Assembly (NCBI GenBank): GCA_944392135.1
Contig: CALXVQ010000002.1
Coordinates: 49,825 to 113,824 of the forward strand
Length of the DNA stretch: 64,000 nucleotides
Source: an uncultured Rickettsiales bacterium
GTDB taxonomy: Bacteria; Pseudomonadota; Alphaproteobacteria; Rickettsiales; UBA1997
Direction: 5' to 3'
Position 1 is the first letter of the stretch. Each line of letters begins with the position of its first letter. This document shows, in pieces, positions 21,301 through 29,921 of the stretch. Position numbers and translations under genes: made by a program. The notes under the pieces were generated by a model. The model made no database searches, was not told the DNA's origin, and saw only the letters and a list, made by a program, of their open reading frames with translations.

Positions 21301-22409
21301 CAATGGACTATGTATATGATTACGATTATACAAAGAGAGAATCATTTGACCTAGCATCCGCCATAGTTAATGTAGCAAGTGCAGTTGCAGTTGGAGCATT
21401 AACAGGAGGAGCAGGTGCAGCAGTTATGGCAGGAATAAGTGCAACAAGTAATGCAGCCGGTATGACCAAAGGATCAATAGACATAGAAACAAATTATGAT
21501 GAAACAATAGTTGCAAATAATATAACAGGAAATAATATTAATATAAATACAAATAATAGCCTCAACTCCATAAGTACAAAAATGAATACAGAAAACACCA
21601 TAAATTATAATATAGGAGGTAATTCATTTATTAGTGAGGCACAAGAAAGACATGAATATAAAATAACACATGAGGAATTCGGTGGAAATATAGGTAGGGC
21701 AGTATTAGGTGGTGCTATCACTGGTGCTATGAGCGGTTTAGGATTAAATGGAGGCAAATACTTAGGTAATTTAGCTAGTAGCTCTATTACTGATGGCATT
21801 TTAAATGCTAGCATTAATGGGGCAGTTCTTACTTCTGTAAATGCATATAGTTCATCAATAGGATCTGCGATGTCTCAAACTATATTAAATGGAGGAAGCT
21901 TTAAAGATGTATTAAAAGCAGGAAGAGATAGCTCAATAAGTCGTAATACATTAATGAATACTATGATTGGTGCCGTTATTGGTGCTACTGGCGGAGCTTT
22001 GGGTAAAGTTATTAAGGATGTAAAAGCTAAATATAATAGTTCTCTAACACAAGAACAAATACAAAATAAAATGACTGAAATACCAGTTGGGGAATCTAAT
22101 TTAAAGATTGGTAATCTAAATAATAATAAAGTCGGTATAAATTCTTATATTAAAGATGGAAAAATAATACAGGCTGGAACACTTAATATAAATGTTAATT
22201 ATTTTACAAGTAATCAAAACATATTTTTTAAGGCTTTTAATTTTTTACCTGGTTCGCCATCTTTTGCAGATTTTCACGATGCTTTGAATATAAGTGGAAT
22301 TTGGAATCAATTATCTATCCCATATGCTTATATGATAAGTCAATTTAATGCCCTATATCCATATTATCCATCACTTATATATTTTAACAATACGAAGGAA
22401 AACAAATGA
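15324..22409 (+). CDS. cdiA: TpsA/CdiA-like filamentous haemagglutinin exoprotein with C-terminal toxin domain
   Basis: TPS domain (NPNF, IIANPNGI), FHA repeats, YLFETDP...FLGS.YF region, Gly zipper, compositionally distinct C-terminus; start uncertain (TTG 15309/ATG 15324). Confidence 0.9.
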   Translation: MNIIKDNQQNNQQNNKNTNKHTNKLTIFKLIESLKTFLSKNCIFLAFNKNLIYHIIYVFLVFTSIMQIFIFKYFIFFCTKLKHIFSKYVFSRYIFNKGRFNKYLILLKSFGFINFLNSKKLLLTILSYIIIYSQITFSFIITQSVAQSIISIISIKRAYAFNEIVPPQNLQDNPINHITPDNSINIPGTNSNTHLDRTQNGTPVVNINNANADGISANYYKDFNVNEQNLILNNHKGESVNTQLGGVVYGNPNFNNSNGREADIILNEVTTNRVFNINGYMEVAGKRADVIIANPNGIMVGGAGFINTNRLSMITGKSIDGTTNSSFNQNGELNPFLLTDTNKNPNAIIQVVGRNITDSQGRNIAYNLGIDAQDVRYADLVSRVVKINGNIHGGDGKNNKNNISTEVNIKTGNDRAEYNKKDGFKINSRETKDQSKNTINDPQDTDSTEEATKPEFAIDSTAFGGIYAGRINFIATEEGVGVRTRSDLVASTDDLNFDVNGNIILEEEGSLYAKNNINLNNKNNNSSESNNQNTNRQIVNNSYIVSENNININTNEFINSDANANTNPNIKKPLVFAANNINIQADIADNSNTLIETNTNNNETDINNNKTDTNNNNNNNSNYSGIISNNGTINLNISNTLNNNNGNILGKNVNIKYISPIDKKSTAQQQFQIQTKSQTQKLSDKSINQTIVQSTTQTADQTTAPSLPISNYGGNIVSNDDITIDILADYIITGTIFSKNGNVDINAKDIINLSDVIGGNNITFTSNNGNIYNGSETNSNANIIAMNDVIFNILKQENDTGNLYNYGKISAGNNIEINAEDSVYNGLATGSNATITANNSLTITANNRIINKGYIQATGLTDQTTSKKIDGTGNLTLTTKAEINSDYELGNNTANANANTNTNLDDLNNKINGNEDKTLSPEVQSKFDNLNSITDTNELYDLIPQLKTEEQYYLVKNRIRILAIKETLNDLDELYTFNEEDWKDKSDEEIKEQLQGIFGNNYDEELDNSINGAYSNYLSQRETEIDNLIEQQLIRKQEAEDNSEEFNETLLDKNKLMAEAETEANAKKLEKIKDEMDSEKSKVNRYLTDLNNSNWDSLTNGQINENLQDILNNNYIAQNWSIPEYQAVDNITPITNEYLGSLRINDKDLNDQNKKNKMEQTGIHNYGRIYSNNDMELNSNSVLHNNKGALIYSNNNINFNINKVLFNNENALGQGIFANNDINIRGYCDKNDTACQTNIDKYSQHPSLEKLINYDGRIEANNNIDIKSNEVINYGSDSIDLSKVDTEIKPIYDYYYTTKSGFRTKKTYITKEEYESRIASGNNKDNYGRTITLGKTFKWYGVEETPELLQAYGTNYNFIQNAGLYQTVLKAYDTAYSKVISNESVIQSNNGNINIKANNTTNYNTVLFSKNDMAIDTKNLLNKNLEFNVNANQYYQYHGKKKKWTGHAKEYYDEWTSHVVLNIKGSKTAKILAGNDLVISANAIGNGTAQSNSDYSNNSNRLPYTQQTTPQTTIEDLLSSGILNPLDSTQLPQGNYGIFRQPQNPNSNYLFETDPTLIDTNRFLGSKYFMNRLGLDPDTIDLKFLGDSYFEHELIRKAIEQQSLSTNTHLDPQQIKQQIDNLYNSMTQEKAQQLNLTIGEPLTEQQRAQLTEDTIWYVKQEVQLPNGETIESLVPQIFYCNTTLARLEQERILNTAGSMLAGTNVILQTKPNSTDNINNTDNTDDTIFNTILSNSGTITAKNTLAITGFDTISNVTSSIRNDDINSLSQDKFNNQATLTAGNTLIIDTGVNGTVNNLSGMIALNNTNDNTSSTQNSLYDNLLYINTGTLNNITLSQQETVEKQTHSKKNDYEFSKTSTYIGDTAAIQSSNNNSNIIINANEDINILGGDIKTTIKEQDNSNIVLNAGNNINIAAIQDYEYQRQYMRRKGGTFGETLTKENIDQSVTNIQSNISAGNNLSIATGNDLNSIGTNFTANNGDIDLNIKNDLNLYNAMDYVYDYDYTKRESFDLASAIVNVASAVAVGALTGGAGAAVMAGISATSNAAGMTKGSIDIETNYDETIVANNITGNNININTNNSLNSISTKMNTENTINYNIGGNSFISEAQERHEYKITHEEFGGNIGRAVLGGAITGAMSGLGLNGGKYLGNLASSSITDGILNASINGAVLTSVNAYSSSIGSAMSQTILNGGSFKDVLKAGRDSSISRNTLMNTMIGAVIGATGGALGKVIKDVKAKYNSSLTQEQIQNKMTEIPVGESNLKIGNLNNNKVGINSYIKDGKIIQAGTLNINVNYFTSNQNIFFKAFNFLPGSPSFADFHDALNISGIWNQLSIPYAYMISQFNALYPYYPSLIYFNNTKENK

Positions 22410-22780
22410 AAGAGTTAAAAAAATTTAAATTTATTATAATTTTGCTATTATTGGCAGGCTGTAATGGTTGGACGAAAACGTGGTTTTATGAAGAATATAA
22501 TAATAACATTCTTTCAAATGAGATAAGAAAAATAGATTGGAAGCAGAACGGTAGTGAATATAAACAGTATTGTGTTTATTCGTTATCATATTTTTTACCA
22601 TTAAATTTTTGGAATGTAAAATTTTCCAATGAACAGTACGTAAAAAAAGCCATTAAAGATCTAAATAAAGATGGATTTAAAGGAGATAATATGAAGAATA
22701 TTTATATTAATAGTGAAGGTTTAGGAACACCTTTATATTCTTATTATTGTATAAAAATAAGTGGAGAAATAGTTGAATAA
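22406..22780 (+). CDS. candidate immunity lipoprotein 1 (TRL-like)
   Basis: Lipobox LAGC; ATGA overlap with cdiA stop; C...C-I-K-I-S-G end resembling TRL-like lipoproteins. Confidence 0.7.
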   Translation: MKELKKFKFIIILLLLAGCNGWTKTWFYEEYNNNILSNEIRKIDWKQNGSEYKQYCVYSLSYFLPLNFWNVKFSNEQYVKKAIKDLNKDGFKGDNMKNIYINSEGLGTPLYSYYCIKISGEIVE

Positions 22781-25700
22781 TATATCTATTATATCCATAA
22801 ATACAATAAAACCTCTCACCCCAACCCCTATCCCTCAAGAGGCGAGGGACTCTGACTTAGCAACAAACATTAACCTCAACATAGGCGGCAACATATCCAT
22901 AACAGAAACAGAGGAAAGACATGAATATCAAAAAACCCATGACACTTGGGGCGGAGATCTCGGTATGGCAGCATTGGGTGGAGCTATGACTGGACTTGCC
23001 GGTGGTTTAGGCATGGGTGCAGGAAATATGATTGGCGGTACTTTAAGTGGACTAGCCTTGTCAGGAGCATCAGCCTTTGGCTCTTCTAATGTAGGTGCAG
23101 TAATTTCAGAAAACAGGAAAGGAACATCAAACGGAACTTATACAACAAATCAAATAGGCAGTGATATAATAGCCTTAAATGATATTAATATAACCACAGA
23201 CAATAATTTAAATATAGTTGGAAGTGATTTGACATCCCTAAACAACACAACACTAAACTCAAACAATGGCAGTGTAAACATAACAACAGCAGTAGAAACC
23301 CAAACAACAGAACAAACCAAAACAAAAACCAACTGGGGAGGAATAGACTTTACACATACGAATAGTAGTGTGGGGGTTGGAGCAAGTATAGAAAGAAATA
23401 CCACAAGCAGCACAGCCACAACCCAATATGCAAAAAGCAGCAATATTCAAAGTGGAAACAATATTGCCATAAGTAGTGGCAATAATAATTCAAATAACAG
23501 TACAGACACTAATACCAAAAACAACAACCAGCAACAGGACATCAACATCATAGGTTCAAATATCTTGGCAGAAAACGACATAAAACTCAATGCAAATGGA
23601 GATAATGGAAATATTAAGATTATAAGTCAAGAACTTCTTCAAAACAAACTTGACAAGCAAAAGACTGAGGCTATTACGGCGAGTGTAGGGATAACAAACT
23701 ATTGGGCTAAAACCGCCGATCAAACACATAATCTGATAGACAATTCAAAAGGCGGTGCAAGAGACAGCAAAGAGGGCTATACAAACACATTCTTTGATTT
23801 AGGCAATATTGGCATATCAGTAATGAATGCTGCCGGCAGTCCATTAGGCTTTGGTATAAGTGCAGACATAGGCTATAATCTTATAGAAACAGAGACAGCC
23901 CAGAACAATACCTACAATCAAGAAAGTTCTATTGTATCAAACAAAGGCAGCATAGACTTAAATGCAGAGAACGATATAAATATCAAAGGTGCAGATATAA
24001 TTGCAAACAACGATGCACAAATAACTGCACAGAATGGCAATATAAACATTGATACAATAGAAGACTATAACTATAAATACCAGCATGCTGAAAGAAGCGG
24101 CGGAACATTTGGAACTACAAAAACTATGGATTCAATAGATGAAAGCAACAAAAACATTGGAAGCAATATTGTATCAAACAATGGAAGCCTGCACCTACAG
24201 GCAAATAGTTCAAACAACAGCACAAACAAAAACCTACAAACAGCAGGAAACATAAATATAAAAGGCTCAAATATAATGTCTGAAACTGGCGCAAATCTTG
24301 TGGCTGAAAATGATGTGAATGTATTTAGCAGTATTGATGCCAATAGAACCTACAGAAAAGTAGAAGAAGACAATAAATTTACAGGTGGAGAACTTGATAT
24401 AAATGAGAATATCACCAATACCAACAACTCCTCAAACATAATTTCAAACAATGGAGATCTAAACATAATATCAGGCAGAAATACAAACATAGTAGCAAGC
24501 AATCTGGTAACTGATGAAAGCGGAGACATAAACATTCTTGCTGGCTATATTGTAGACAAAAATACTGGAAATATAGTTCAAAAAACAGATAAAGATGGAA
24601 ACATAACAACAGGCTCTATAAACATCCTATCAGCCCAAGATCTTGAGAAGAACTATTCAAAGCACGAAGAATGGGGTGGAGTCTTTGACATGCTGACCAA
24701 CTTTGACATAGACTTTGATAAAGGCGGACTAACCCTAAGCACCAGCTACGAAGAAGAACTTGATGAGAACACCACACTTACAAAAACCGCAAAAACATCA
24801 AACCTAGAAGCTAGCAACGGAAATATAAACCTAAATGCTACAGAAAATATATTAAGTGTTGGTACTCAAATATATGCGAATAAAGACATAAACCTCAGTG
24901 CTGGCTACACTGAAACTAAAACAGATGAAGATGGAACCACAACTCAAATCAAACACAATGGCAACATAATTCTAGCATCAGCAGACAATAGTCAAACAAT
25001 AGACTCAAAACACGAAGAAACTACAGTAACTATTGGAGTTAAGGTTGGCAATAGCTTTGTGGATGCGGGATATGCAGTGGATGCAGTAGTAAAAGCCGGC
25101 GAAGAAGTAAAACATGCAAAGGATGAACTAAGTAGAATGAAAAAACTAAGAGACGAAGGCAAGGCAAGTGATAATGCCGTAAAGGATGCAGAAGTAAATC
25201 TTGCAATGGCTACTGCTAACCTTGCTAATTCAACACTTGGTATGGCAACTGCCATGGGAAGTGCAGCCGTAAGTACTCCAACAGGTGGTTTTTATGGAAG
25301 TGCATTCACAAACTATGATACGACCACCACAACATCAAACGAACAATCAACTTGGCAAACACAGGGCAATCTCATATCAAATAGCGGCAATATAAATTTT
25401 AACACCACAAATGATATGACACAGGAAGGAACTAACCTATATGCAAGCAATGATAATGGAACAGGAACAATAAACTACAATATAGGAAATGATTTAACAA
25501 TACAAGCAAGTAAAGATACCTACAAGGCGAATTCAAAAACAGAAAACACAAATGTTAATGCAAGCATAGGTACAAACGGATTTAGTATTGGCGGCGGTGG
25601 TGGCAGCTCAAAGAGTAGAACAGATAGCACGACCTATAACAATAGTGAAGTGCTTGCAAATAACATCAATATAAACACAGAAAACAATGCAAGCATAAAA

Positions 25701-27341
25701 GGTGCCAATATAGAAGCTACAAATGATATTAATATGAACATAGGCAACAACCTCAACATAGAGTCATTACAGGATACATATTATAGCAAATCAAACTCAA
25801 ACAATGCAAATATAGGAATAGGAAGCAGCAGTATAAGCGGAGGCTATAATACAGAAAAAAGTTATACAGATAGTAGTTGGGTAAACAATCAAACAAGCAT
25901 TATAGCAGATAACAAAGTAGATATAAAAGTAGGCACAAAAACTGATGATAATGGAAACAATATAGCAGAAGGAAACACAAACATAAAAGGTGCTTTAATA
26001 GCTTCAAACTCTGATAATTTAAATTTAGAGACAAACACACTAACCTATCAAGATATAAAAGACACCTACTACACAGAAACAAAAGGATCTGGCTTCAATA
26101 CCACAATAGGAACAGATCCAGACAAAGGCAAAGCAAACATAGCACCTATGGGAAGCACCACTATAACAATGAAAGATACAGGAGAAGAAAAAGAACAGAT
26201 TACAAAATCTACAATAGGCAATGGAAACATTACAATAGGCGGACAAACTCAACCGGAAGACAGTAGTATGCTTGCTGGACTTAACAGGAATGTGACAGAC
26301 AGCCAAGAGATTACAAAAGATATGATTACAGGTGCATTGGATGGAAGTGTAACAATAGACAATAGACTATTATTTGGCTTCATAGAGCAAAATGTCTATG
26401 AAAGAGATGAAAATGGCAAAATAATAAGAGATAAAGACGGAAAAGCAATAGTAAAAACAGATGCGAATGGCAATCCAATAACTACTAATGGTTATCAGAG
26501 TATATATAGTGATGTGAGAAACTTTGGAACAAATACAGCAGGAGCATTAGTTGGTGCAATGTCTGAAGCAGAAGAAATCGCAGAATTTGGAAGAGAAAAT
26601 TTAGAAAAAGGTGGAAAAATTGGTATTGTAGCATCACAGCCATTTAGTGCTGTTGAAGGATTCTTTGATTATTTTGTTGAAAATGATAGTAAGGCTTATC
26701 TATACGATAAAGATGGTGGTTATAAAGAAACAAATAATATAAAAGATGGTAAAAATTATTATACAAATGGTATAATGAATACAGTTAATAAGGATGTAAA
26801 AGAATATTTATCTAACAATCAAGATTCAGTAGTTCGCTATAATCCAACAAGTGGATTTATTGGCGATTTAATGGAATCAACACTTGGAAAGTTATTGAAT
26901 TGGAATGGCTTGACTGCTCAATTGGGTTCTATGAATAGAATTATAGCAAATGATTTAACCGAAAGAAAAGATATGCAATATTCAAGCAATAATTTCCATA
27001 GTCAAGGAACAATTAATGGAACTGGAGCTATGAACATATTAGCTAAAAATGATATAAAATTAAATGATACTCAAAGTTTAAATGCAAAAGGTCCTGCTGT
27101 TTATAATAGAACTTGGGATAATACAGCTTCACAAGTTTTAGATAGAAAAACCTATGTTGCAGCCGATGATGGTGGACTTGGTAAAAAGGGAGATGTTTTA
27201 CATTCAAATATTACATATTCACATAATGAAAAAGACCCAGTAAGGTATTTAACAGCTCCAAGAACACCATTAGATATTTTTATTGGTCTTTATTATGGTG
27301 CGACAAATATGAAGGAACATAATATTGGTAGTTATAAATAA
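22773..27341 (+). CDS. orphan/displaced C-terminal half of CdiA (FHA-2 repeats plus lipase-like toxin)
   Basis: No signal peptide or TPS domain; haemagglutinin repeats; C-terminal YTNGIMNT, YNPT...DLME, FHSQG alpha/beta-hydrolase motif. Confidence 0.8.
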   Translation: MNNISIISINTIKPLTPTPIPQEARDSDLATNINLNIGGNISITETEERHEYQKTHDTWGGDLGMAALGGAMTGLAGGLGMGAGNMIGGTLSGLALSGASAFGSSNVGAVISENRKGTSNGTYTTNQIGSDIIALNDINITTDNNLNIVGSDLTSLNNTTLNSNNGSVNITTAVETQTTEQTKTKTNWGGIDFTHTNSSVGVGASIERNTTSSTATTQYAKSSNIQSGNNIAISSGNNNSNNSTDTNTKNNNQQQDINIIGSNILAENDIKLNANGDNGNIKIISQELLQNKLDKQKTEAITASVGITNYWAKTADQTHNLIDNSKGGARDSKEGYTNTFFDLGNIGISVMNAAGSPLGFGISADIGYNLIETETAQNNTYNQESSIVSNKGSIDLNAENDINIKGADIIANNDAQITAQNGNINIDTIEDYNYKYQHAERSGGTFGTTKTMDSIDESNKNIGSNIVSNNGSLHLQANSSNNSTNKNLQTAGNINIKGSNIMSETGANLVAENDVNVFSSIDANRTYRKVEEDNKFTGGELDINENITNTNNSSNIISNNGDLNIISGRNTNIVASNLVTDESGDINILAGYIVDKNTGNIVQKTDKDGNITTGSINILSAQDLEKNYSKHEEWGGVFDMLTNFDIDFDKGGLTLSTSYEEELDENTTLTKTAKTSNLEASNGNINLNATENILSVGTQIYANKDINLSAGYTETKTDEDGTTTQIKHNGNIILASADNSQTIDSKHEETTVTIGVKVGNSFVDAGYAVDAVVKAGEEVKHAKDELSRMKKLRDEGKASDNAVKDAEVNLAMATANLANSTLGMATAMGSAAVSTPTGGFYGSAFTNYDTTTTTSNEQSTWQTQGNLISNSGNINFNTTNDMTQEGTNLYASNDNGTGTINYNIGNDLTIQASKDTYKANSKTENTNVNASIGTNGFSIGGGGGSSKSRTDSTTYNNSEVLANNININTENNASIKGANIEATNDINMNIGNNLNIESLQDTYYSKSNSNNANIGIGSSSISGGYNTEKSYTDSSWVNNQTSIIADNKVDIKVGTKTDDNGNNIAEGNTNIKGALIASNSDNLNLETNTLTYQDIKDTYYTETKGSGFNTTIGTDPDKGKANIAPMGSTTITMKDTGEEKEQITKSTIGNGNITIGGQTQPEDSSMLAGLNRNVTDSQEITKDMITGALDGSVTIDNRLLFGFIEQNVYERDENGKIIRDKDGKAIVKTDANGNPITTNGYQSIYSDVRNFGTNTAGALVGAMSEAEEIAEFGRENLEKGGKIGIVASQPFSAVEGFFDYFVENDSKAYLYDKDGGYKETNNIKDGKNYYTNGIMNTVNKDVKEYLSNNQDSVVRYNPTSGFIGDLMESTLGKLLNWNGLTAQLGSMNRIIANDLTERKDMQYSSNNFHSQGTINGTGAMNILAKNDIKLNDTQSLNAKGPAVYNRTWDNTASQVLDRKTYVAADDGGLGKKGDVLHSNITYSHNEKDPVRYLTAPRTPLDIFIGLYYGATNMKEHNIGSYK
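22812..22850. repeat. REP-like palindrome at cassette junction
   Basis: CCTCTCACCCCAACCCCTATCCCTCAAGAGGCGAGGGA resembles the CCCTCACCCCAACCCTCTCCC...GAGAGGG repeat family. Confidence 0.5.
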
Positions 27342-27356
27342 TGAAATGGGAAAAGT

Positions 27357-28055
27357 ATGAAAAATATGAAAAAATATATTATTTTAAAAATCTTTGGTTT
27401 TTTATTAGTTGTCTTTATAATTTCGTCTTGTACTTATAGAGATTTTAAGCACGAATTTTTTGCTGGATATTTTGTCAAAGATTATAATTTTGAATGGGAA
27501 GGCAAACAATCTAGAAAGTTAAATACAAATGATAGATATTGTTTATATTATAATGGTAGAAATGAGAAGGATTTTAAAATTAAAGGCTATGATATGGAAA
27601 AAGCGAATCAGCAGTTAATAGATATTTTAAAAAATAAAGGTTTAAAAATAAAAGAAGAAGTTTTTAATTTTACAAATAGTAAAGCAGAAAAGGATGATAT
27701 AGAAAATAGTATAAAAAAACGAGAAATTGATAATAATTTTGAAAATTGCGATTATTTATTGACATACGAAATTGGAACACTTGAAAGATTTAAAGAAAGT
27801 TATATTGACATTCGCATATATAATATTGCTACAGATGATATGGTTTCATCATATACTGTTTATGGAAAAAAATCAACACTTATTTCTTATGTATTAATAA
27901 AACAACAAGAATTTATAAATAACGCTATTGATGAATTATTTAAATATCAAAATACTGAACAAGATAAAATGAAATTTAAATCTTTTGAATGTACTTCTAG
28001 TGGTTGTAGAACAATAAAATGTATTGGCGATAAGTGTGAGATAATAAATAATTAA
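27357..28055 (+). CDS. candidate immunity lipoprotein 2
   Basis: Lipobox ISSC; follows lipase-like toxin; C-terminal ECTSSGC. Confidence 0.65.
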   Translation: MKNMKKYIILKIFGFLLVVFIISSCTYRDFKHEFFAGYFVKDYNFEWEGKQSRKLNTNDRYCLYYNGRNEKDFKIKGYDMEKANQQLIDILKNKGLKIKEEVFNFTNSKAEKDDIENSIKKREIDNNFENCDYLLTYEIGTLERFKESYIDIRIYNIATDDMVSSYTVYGKKSTLISYVLIKQQEFINNAIDELFKYQNTEQDKMKFKSFECTSSGCRTIKCIGDKCEIINN

Positions 28056-28062
28056 ATAATTT

Positions 28063-28635
28063 ATGAAAAAATACATTATTTTAATTTTGACTATTTTAAG
28101 CTTGATATTTATAAATAAAATAGCTTTTGCTAATAAAGAATTTAATAAACAAACATTACCGATGCAGGATAAAATAGAAAAAGAACAAGACAATAATAAA
28201 ACTAATGATATTGCTAAAGAAAAAGAATTTGCAAAATATGCAGATTATCTGGATGATATGAGACAAGGTAAAAAATGTGAAGGTTATGATTTTGATCCAG
28301 AAAAGATTGTATTGATAAAGATTGTAAATCCAGAATACTATATTGAGTTAAGCAATGGTAAAAAATTTAGAATTGAAGCTTGGATGGGTGATTGCGGTTC
28401 AATAGATTTAAAAGGCAAAGATGGCTATAAACAACTACCAGATAGTTGTAAAATTTTAATAGGATCTACTTGTATTTCTCCGCCACCTTCTAATTGTAAA
28501 AAATTAATAGGAACGACTTGTTGGGACGAGAAAGTCAAACAGGATTATCAAGTGTTTCAATGGGAATGCACCAATAAAGGTTGTGAAAGAATGACAAACT
28601 TTACAGAATATGATCTGGATTTTTTTGAAGAGTAA
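28063..28635 (+). CDS. candidate orphan immunity protein (exported, Cys-rich)
   Basis: Signal peptide ending AFA; ECTNKGC; similar to 29918-30556. Confidence 0.6.
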   Translation: MKKYIILILTILSLIFINKIAFANKEFNKQTLPMQDKIEKEQDNNKTNDIAKEKEFAKYADYLDDMRQGKKCEGYDFDPEKIVLIKIVNPEYYIELSNGKKFRIEAWMGDCGSIDLKGKDGYKQLPDSCKILIGSTCISPPPSNCKKLIGTTCWDEKVKQDYQVFQWECTNKGCERMTNFTEYDLDFFEE

Positions 28636-28652
28636 AATAATATTATGTCAAT

Positions 28653-29921
28653 ATGTCAGTTGATGCAGAAGAAAGGATACATAACACAATAGAAAGCGAA
28701 GCAGTCGCAAAAAATATGGCAAACAGAGAAGTAGGTTATTACAATGCAATGGCATTTCTAACAGGTGGAAAGGGAATAGCTAGTTCTAATACATCAAATT
28801 CAAATAATGGTGGATTGAATGGTCAAATGCAATCAAACTGGAATGAGAAGTATAATACTAATACAAACCAGCTGTTGAATCAAAATACAATACTTGCAAA
28901 CAATGTAAAAAGTGAAGATAAGTTATATAGCACACACTTTGATAAAAATGGAAAAGCTGAATTTATAAATGATGGCGATTATAATGCATACAGAAAAAAT
29001 GAAGATGGTACTTTAAATTATGAAAATCAAATAACATATGCTGAAGGCTTTAATTTGAATATTGCAGATGATAAAAAAGAAGCATTTGAAGATCAAATGA
29101 AAACTAATGAAGTGCAGATGGATTTATTAAGACTGTTACTTATGGATTCAAATAAATCAATTACAGAAAACACTAAAGATCTAAATAGCCTTGAAACTCA
29201 ATATTTACTTGGTTTAAAAACACCAGATGGAACTTATTATTATAGTTGGAATAAATTTCTTGACAAGGACGGTACTAGAAGTAAAACAAACGAAGCATTA
29301 TCCAATGGAGCAGACGATTTTAGTTTGAATTATTTATATACAAATGACATATGGAAAACCATAGCCGACAATTCAAGTGGTATTTCCTATCCAACACAAA
29401 AAACAATGGGGGCTTTTGATATAAAGATTGATGAAAGTAGAACTATTATAAATCCAGCAGTTGGTCAAGAAGTTAGAACAAAAGAGAATGGAACTTGTAG
29501 GACTCCGGGATGTGGCGAAAAAGGTTCTTTGAGACCTGGTCATACGCATCAAGGAACTGATATTCTATTGAATGAAGGGGATTATGTCATAGCACCTATG
29601 GATGGAAAATTATATTATACTACGAGTAGTAAAGATAAAACTAAAGCATTAAACTCATTAGCTGTAGCTAATGATGATATAAGAATACTAATGCTATATG
29701 TTGATAAGAAATCTAATATAAAAATAAAGAAAAATGGTACAGATGTGGAAAAAGGTGGAGTAATTGGCAAAGGAACTTCTAATTCTGAATTTATAAGAGT
29801 TTACGGAAAAGATACTGCCCAGCATACACATGTGGAACAACAGAATGCAAACGATAGACTTGATAAAAAAGATATTCAAGGTGTATTATTTCCAAATCAA
29901 CAAAGGGAGTTAAAAAAATGA
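28653..29921 (+). CDS. orphan toxin module with C-terminal M23-family peptidase
   Basis: HQGTD, VIAPMDG, VEKGGVIG and HTHVE motifs; no signal peptide. Confidence 0.75.
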   Translation: MSVDAEERIHNTIESEAVAKNMANREVGYYNAMAFLTGGKGIASSNTSNSNNGGLNGQMQSNWNEKYNTNTNQLLNQNTILANNVKSEDKLYSTHFDKNGKAEFINDGDYNAYRKNEDGTLNYENQITYAEGFNLNIADDKKEAFEDQMKTNEVQMDLLRLLLMDSNKSITENTKDLNSLETQYLLGLKTPDGTYYYSWNKFLDKDGTRSKTNEALSNGADDFSLNYLYTNDIWKTIADNSSGISYPTQKTMGAFDIKIDESRTIINPAVGQEVRTKENGTCRTPGCGEKGSLRPGHTHQGTDILLNEGDYVIAPMDGKLYYTTSSKDKTKALNSLAVANDDIRILMLYVDKKSNIKIKKNGTDVEKGGVIGKGTSNSEFIRVYGKDTAQHTHVEQQNANDRLDKKDIQGVLFPNQQRELKK

